Shown in pieces: positions 58,989 through 64,000 of a stretch of 64,000 bases of DNA (its first letter is position 1; every line of letters begins with the position of its first letter). The translations under genes were made by a program, and so were the position numbers. The notes beneath the pieces are model-generated. The model did not search any database. It was not told the DNA's origin and was given only the letters and a program-made list of their open reading frames with translations. Source of the DNA: Alphaproteobacteria bacterium (lineage in GTDB: Bacteria; Pseudomonadota; Alphaproteobacteria; CAAHEQ01; UBA3637); the NCBI GenBank assembly GCA_045638265.1, contig JAZUBA010000044.1, forward strand, positions 62,082 to 126,081, written 5' to 3'.

Positions 58989-60089
58989 ATGAATCTTATT
59001 TTATTTAAATACATTTTAAAGCATTATGTTCTTATTTTCTTTGCAACATTATTTGCATTGACGGCTATTGTATTGTTGTTTGACGTAATTGAATTATTGC
59101 GTTCCGCTGCCAAACGTGAAAATATTGCTTTTTTAGATATTTTGGTTTTAGGTGTTTTAAAATCACCTCAAATGATTCATATTATATTGCCCTTTGTTAC
59201 TTTAATTGCGGGTGTTATTTTCTTTTTAAAATATAGTGCATCGTCTGAATTAATAGTTATGCGTTCTGTCGGGTTATCCGTTTGGAATTTTTTAACGCCG
59301 ATTATTGCTTTTGTGTTTTTGTTAGGTGTTTTTGATATTACCATTTTTAACCCGTTTTCTGCTATGACGGCAAAGCAATTTGAACGTTTAGAAGAGCGAG
59401 TCGGAATGACAAGTTCTCATCCGTTTTCATGGTCTGAAAATGGATTGTGGTTGCGTGAAGCTGAAGAAAATCAAACTGTTGTATTAAGGGCAGGACGTGT
59501 TCGTCAAAAAGACAACGATGTTGTTTTAGACAGAGTTTCTGTTTTTATTCTCAATCCTGAGGGTTTGTTGTTGAAGCAAATTGAAGGAAATACGGCGATT
59601 TTAATGAAAGGTGTTTTAACGTTTCCAAACGCATTTGTTATTAATCCGGTAACAGAAGAAGCCGAAACAAAGAGAATTGAAAGTGTTAAAACCAGTTTTA
59701 ATTTGGAACGGATATTAGAGCGTTTTGATGAACCGAGGACAATGTCATTTTGGCGTTTTCCCCGATTCATACAATTTTTGAAAGATTCGGGCTTTACAAC
59801 GGCAGAACATACCATGTATTTTCATGAATTAATAGCTTATCCGATTATGATGGTTGCTATGTTATTCATTGCAGCTGTTTTCACATTACCTCCGACAACA
59901 CGGCAAGGAAAAGGTTTGTTGCGAATCGTTTTGGCTGTATTGTTTGGTTTTATTCTTTACTTTTTGGGACGTGTAACTAATGTGTTGGGATTATCACAAA
60001 GTTTGCCTTACTTATTGGCTGCTTGGGGACCCTCCTTAGTGTGTATTCCTTTGTGTGTATCGGCATTGTTGCATACAGAGGATGGTTAA
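58989..60089 (+). CDS. lptG: LPS export ABC transporter permease LptG
   Basis: YjgP/YjgQ pattern: SELIVMRSVGLSVW, GLWLRE, LAAWGP, ending HTEDG. Confidence 0.88.
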   Translation: MNLILFKYILKHYVLIFFATLFALTAIVLLFDVIELLRSAAKRENIAFLDILVLGVLKSPQMIHIILPFVTLIAGVIFFLKYSASSELIVMRSVGLSVWNFLTPIIAFVFLLGVFDITIFNPFSAMTAKQFERLEERVGMTSSHPFSWSENGLWLREAEENQTVVLRAGRVRQKDNDVVLDRVSVFILNPEGLLLKQIEGNTAILMKGVLTFPNAFVINPVTEEAETKRIESVKTSFNLERILERFDEPRTMSFWRFPRFIQFLKDSGFTTAEHTMYFHELIAYPIMMVAMLFIAAVFTLPPTTRQGKGLLRIVLAVLFGFILYFLGRVTNVLGLSQSLPYLLAAWGPSLVCIPLCVSALLHTEDG

Positions 60090-60112
60090 TTTTCTTGTAA
60101 ATATAGGATATT

Positions 60113-60140
60113 AAACAGGCAAAATCTTGCCTGTTTTTTT
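60113..60140 (+). terminator. Terminator after lptG
   Basis: aaacaggcaa-aatc-ttgcctgttt followed by a T-run. Confidence 0.75.
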
Positions 60141-60225
60141 TGTGATTTGTGTTATTGTGAAAAATGTTGACAATTTATTGCTTTTTTGATATAATTTAAT
60201 CAGACTAGACACAAAGGATAAAGCA

Positions 60226-62097
60226 ATGACATCTCAACTTTTACAAATAATTGAAAACAAAGAAAGGTTAAATTCAGATACTGCCAAAATAATTACGCAG
60301 GAATTATTAACACCCGATTTTTTTTCGGTACAAGAATCTGAAATGATTGCGAATTGGTATGGAAAAATATCTTCTGTTGAACGAACACATCTTTTAAGTT
60401 TAACAGAATTTAGTCAGGCTTTGGAATTTGACTTTGAAAGAGATGAATGTTGTATTTTTTCACCAGAGAAAATTGATGAAATATTTTCAAAAACGACTTA
60501 TCAATTAACGCCCAAAACAAAACATTGGATGAAAAACAATGTGTTTTTCCCAAAAATTAAATTACCTTCTGGTGTGCAAATTCAAACAAATGCACAAGAT
60601 TTTTTTAAAACATTGGCAGAGGGATTGGATGTTTTTCCTCATTTAATTGATGAATTAAAAAGAGCTGCTTATTTAATTCCTTGTTTGTATATGGTTCCGT
60701 GTAATTATGTAAATATGTTAGGTTCTTGTCGTTTAAATTCTTTTCAGATTAAATTAAAAGATGATGAGTATAATGAAGCAACTCTTAAAAATCTTTTACA
60801 CGAAATCGGTCATGCTACGTCGGTTCGATTTAGAGATAAACAAGCCAATAAAATACCATTAATTGATTTTACTGATGAAGCGGAACAATACGCCAAAACA
60901 ACATACATTGAGTTGTTTCAAGAGAATTTGGAAGATAATCCGCTTTTGTCATTAGCTCAATATATCAACAAACAGTTACGCCAAAAATATCCGACAATGT
61001 CAGATGAAAAACTTGAACGAGCAACGGCTGTTTTGACAAAACGTGAAATTACATGGTTGCATTTATTACGGAATGAACAGTTGCACTTTGTTTTAGATAA
61101 ATGGCAAGAAGACAAGATTATAGATAATCGAGCGGATTTTACATATGATTATGCTGATTTAATTGCACACCGTTGGGATTTTTATACACAATACTATGCG
61201 TTGTTTCATTCGTTATATAAAGATAAAGATACATTAAAAAAACAATTAATGAAACGCTATGGAGAGCCGACATTAATTACAAAATATCTTTCCAAAAGAG
61301 ATTTGTTGTCCGGTGATTTTTGTGCTGAATTGATGGGGCGGGGTGGTTATGTGGATGTTCCGACCGAGAGTTTAAGACCTTTTCATTTAGAACGTGTATA
61401 TTTTAAACCGCAGAATACTGTCAGGGGCTTTTTTTTCAAGGCTTATATTGATTGCACAGGATTAAGCAATGAAGGTGTCAAAAGGGTAAAACAGGCTTAT
61501 TTGGATTATGGTGCAAAGTTAAAACGTAGTAAAAATCTGTTATATACAACTTCATTTATGGGTGTTAGACAAGTTTATAAATTAATTTCAAATGATTTTT
61601 CAAATTCACCGATTCGTTTAGGGCATTCATTTTATAAAATTGATCGAAAACAATTATCTGCCCAAGTTGACGAAGAATTATCAGAATTGTTTGATAAATC
61701 TCCCATTACCGTCATTGCAAATGAAGATGAAATTATTGTAGATAAAGTTCAGTTAAATCATTATGGTTACACATTTAACGCTCCTGTTTATGGTGGATGT
61801 ATTTGGCAGATTGAAGAAGAATTTTTAACATCGCAAAAAGTTGAAACATGTGTAAAACGGTGGCAACAAAAAGGATTTCATCCTGTTTGTATGCCGTTAA
61901 CAGAAAAATATGCTTTGTTTTTGTTTCCGGAAAAAGAAATTGATCGTTTAAATGCTTATTTTGAAAAAGTCCAATTTGTATCAGCAGGGTTAGATAATTC
62001 GCCGCAATCAATGAAAGGTATTCCTAATCCGATTAAAAGTAAAAAAGTAAAATTGAAAAAAGAACATTTGCAAAGTAAATCACATATCCGTGAATAA
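60226..62097 (+). CDS. Hypothetical protein with HExxH zinc-metallopeptidase motif
   Basis: LLHEIGHA followed by DEAEQYA. No signal peptide; basic tail ending SHIRE. Confidence 0.6.
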   Translation: MTSQLLQIIENKERLNSDTAKIITQELLTPDFFSVQESEMIANWYGKISSVERTHLLSLTEFSQALEFDFERDECCIFSPEKIDEIFSKTTYQLTPKTKHWMKNNVFFPKIKLPSGVQIQTNAQDFFKTLAEGLDVFPHLIDELKRAAYLIPCLYMVPCNYVNMLGSCRLNSFQIKLKDDEYNEATLKNLLHEIGHATSVRFRDKQANKIPLIDFTDEAEQYAKTTYIELFQENLEDNPLLSLAQYINKQLRQKYPTMSDEKLERATAVLTKREITWLHLLRNEQLHFVLDKWQEDKIIDNRADFTYDYADLIAHRWDFYTQYYALFHSLYKDKDTLKKQLMKRYGEPTLITKYLSKRDLLSGDFCAELMGRGGYVDVPTESLRPFHLERVYFKPQNTVRGFFFKAYIDCTGLSNEGVKRVKQAYLDYGAKLKRSKNLLYTTSFMGVRQVYKLISNDFSNSPIRLGHSFYKIDRKQLSAQVDEELSELFDKSPITVIANEDEIIVDKVQLNHYGYTFNAPVYGGCIWQIEEEFLTSQKVETCVKRWQQKGFHPVCMPLTEKYALFLFPEKEIDRLNAYFEKVQFVSAGLDNSPQSMKGIPNPIKSKKVKLKKEHLQSKSHIRE

Positions 62098-62151
62098 CAA
62101 AAAAAAAGCAAAACAAATGTTGTTTTGCTTTTTTTGTAAAAACGGCAAAAA

Positions 62152-62934
62152 TTATTTTTTGTTATAAATGTATCCGTAAATCAAGCCAATAAATATGGCA
62201 CCTCCAACAATATTTCCGATTGTTGCCGGAATAAGATTATTGATAATAAAATCAATCCAAGTAATATTAGCACCATTATAAATAGCTGTCGGAATAAAAA
62301 ACATATTAGCAATAGAGTGTTCATAACCCAATGTAACAAAAAGCATAACAGGAACCCAAATGCCAAGAGCTTTACTCATAATGTCTTTACCGGCATAACC
62401 CATCCATGTACCCAAACAAACAAGCATATTGGCACCGATTCCCTTAATGAATACTGTACTCCAATCATGGCTTAATTTGCCATTGGCAAGTGTTACTAAA
62501 TAATTATGATAAGGAGCTCCGGAGATAATACCTGTTTGATGAGCCATAAAATAAGCTACGGCTTGTGCGCCGATAAAGTTAAATAAGTAAGCAAGAATCC
62601 AAACTTTAATTAAATCTAACCAAACAGTTTTTTTCTGCATAGTGGATAAAACCATACCGGCACAATCACTGGTGAATAAATCGGCACCGGCAACGGATAC
62701 CATAATCAATCCGACAGGGAATAGTGCGCCGGCAACAAATTTAACTAAACCTGGATCGGTGACAGCTGTAGTCGGCATGCCACCGGCAACAACAATGGTT
62801 AATAATCCGCCTAGCGCAATGAATAAACCACCCATGATAGCAAGTAACATAAATTTAAAAAATGGCGTTTTAGCTTTTGTTGTACTACCGTCTGCAAATA
62901 GAACAGCAATTTCGGAAGGTGAATAATAAGACAT
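62152..62934 (-). CDS. Formate/nitrite transporter (FNT) family protein
   Basis: LFPVGL, GADLFTS, KGIGANMLVCL, GYEHSIANM, GNIVGG. Confidence 0.92.
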   Translation of the reverse strand: MSYYSPSEIAVLFADGSTTKAKTPFFKFMLLAIMGGLFIALGGLLTIVVAGGMPTTAVTDPGLVKFVAGALFPVGLIMVSVAGADLFTSDCAGMVLSTMQKKTVWLDLIKVWILAYLFNFIGAQAVAYFMAHQTGIISGAPYHNYLVTLANGKLSHDWSTVFIKGIGANMLVCLGTWMGYAGKDIMSKALGIWVPVMLFVTLGYEHSIANMFFIPTAIYNGANITWIDFIINNLIPATIGNIVGGAIFIGLIYGYIYNKK

Positions 62935-63057
62935 AATAACTCCTTATATAAAATAATATTTTTTAAATGCTTTTACATATCTTTTTTTTATCTAAAAATC
63001 AAGTGTTTTCTTTGTTAAGAGGTAAAATGTTTATGTAAATGTATTTTAAGAGTGTAG

Positions 63058-63229
63058 CGTTGCAGATAAACGTACGTTTAATTGCAACACTTTTTTTTAT
63101 ATTTTTGCATTTTTTTTTAATTTTTTTTGATTTTAAAGTGTTGGGGGATTTGTAATATTTATCACGATTCGCCCTTTTTTATCCCTTATATGCGAAATCG
63201 TTGCAATTAAACGTACCTTTAATTACAAT
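63058..63229. repeat. Pair of ~30-bp imperfect palindromes containing a perfect 17-bp inverted repeat
   Basis: gtacgtttaattgcaac (63072-63088) and gttgcaattaaacgtac (63200-63216). Confidence 0.85.
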
Positions 63230-63267
63230 GTAAAAAAACTGTATTTATTAGATAATTTGGAGGTATT

Positions 63268-64000
63268 ATGTCATTTAAAGCACTTATTACACAAAACGAA
63301 CGTGGTCGCTCAATGGTTGAAATCTTAGGCGTTTTAGCCGTTATTGGTGTGTTATCATTCGGCGGTATTCAAGGATACAAGTATGCCATGGATAAACATC
63401 GGGCCAATGATATTGTTAATGAAGTTAATATGCGTGCAACGGATATTTGGCATTTATACCAAGATGGTGAAAAAGAATTACCTGATATACCCGAAGATGA
63501 AGATGCTTTTCCCGAATATGGCGAAATGACGCAAACAGGGTTTGAAATTATGGTAACCTCTCATCCGCCTGTTGCGTTCAGAACATGGGTAAATGATGTA
63601 CCCAGTTCTGTTTGTCAGAAAGTCTTACAGGAAAATTTAGATGATGCCATTCAAGGATTAAAGTTTGTACAAGTTAATGGTACGAAATATACGGATGACC
63701 CCACTATCTGCGGGGAAAGTGGTACAATGAACCAAATGGTCTTTACGTCCTTTTTAGACGAAGGCGGTGGGGCTGTCGGCGCACTTGTAAATCCCGACAA
63801 TCCTGACCAAAAACTGGAACACTGTGTAGATAACGAAGATTGTGAATCGTGTTGTGGAACCCCGCTTTGTGATGAAGATACAATGACGTGTTCAGATGGG
63901 TGTACATTATCGGGAAAAGTGTGTAATAATTCCAGTTGTGAATGTGTTGAATGTATGGAAGATGACGATTGTCCGAGTGCCGGTCAAATTTGTGATCCGT
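63268..64000 (+). CDS. Type IV prepilin-like protein with Cys-rich C-terminal region (3'-truncated, missing from ORF track)
   Basis: GGAGG RBS. Manual translation gives MSFKALITQNERG|RSMVEILGVLAVIGVLSFGGIQGYKYAMDKHRAND...CVDNEDCESCCGTPLC..., open to the window end. Confidence 0.85.
   Translation, partial: MSFKALITQNERGRSMVEILGVLAVIGVLSFGGIQGYKYAMDKHRANDIVNEVNMRATDIWHLYQDGEKELPDIPEDEDAFPEYGEMTQTGFEIMVTSHPPVAFRTWVNDVPSSVCQKVLQENLDDAIQGLKFVQVNGTKYTDDPTICGESGTMNQMVFTSFLDEGGGAVGALVNPDNPDQKLEHCVDNEDCESCCGTPLCDEDTMTCSDGCTLSGKVCNNSSCECVECMEDDDCPSAGQICDP

Noticed and set aside
1256-63529. Many short (60-145 aa) ORFs in the track overlapping long genes, e.g. 20514-20951, 29894-30262, 30771-31031, 63344-63529
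   Set aside because: They are antisense or out-of-frame shadows of well-supported genes or att DNA, with no motifs or RBS support. 63344-63529 lies inside the real pilin-like frame.

Overview
AT-rich bacterial chromosomal window, most likely from an alphaproteobacterium. This is inferred from the lptF/lptD-surA order, the recA-alaS linkage and a GTTC-N7-GTTC SOS box before recA. Left part: partial xerD, a single-ORF LptF-LptD fusion with an internal signal peptide, surA and folD. Next is an unusual ~18-kb type IVA secretion locus: five tandem secreted VirB5-like helical proteins, a sixth secreted protein, virB8-virB7-virB8, a VirB9-SPOR fusion, a giant 2274-aa repeat-expanded VirB10 and virB11. 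Middle: alaS, recA and tRNA-Gly(GCC), followed by a ~20.5-kb integrated defence island. The island carries an integrase, an HUH Rep-like protein, a trypsin-like protease, split type III res...mod genes, a Panacea/RelE-like TA pair, a PD-(D/E)XK nuclease, an SNF2 helicase, a second recombinase and an AAA ATPase. Its right att copy has a 78-nt multi-hairpin insertion in the tRNA T-loop, and an McrB/LlaJI-like pair lies just beyond. Right part: cobB, bcp, a phosphatase, a Nudix hydrolase, tRNA-Lys, the displaced lptG, an HExxH protein and an FNT transporter. A Cys-rich type IV pilin-like gene (absent from the ORF track) runs off the end, preceded by paired palindromic/inverted repeats. All family assignments come from visual motif recognition; no searches were run.
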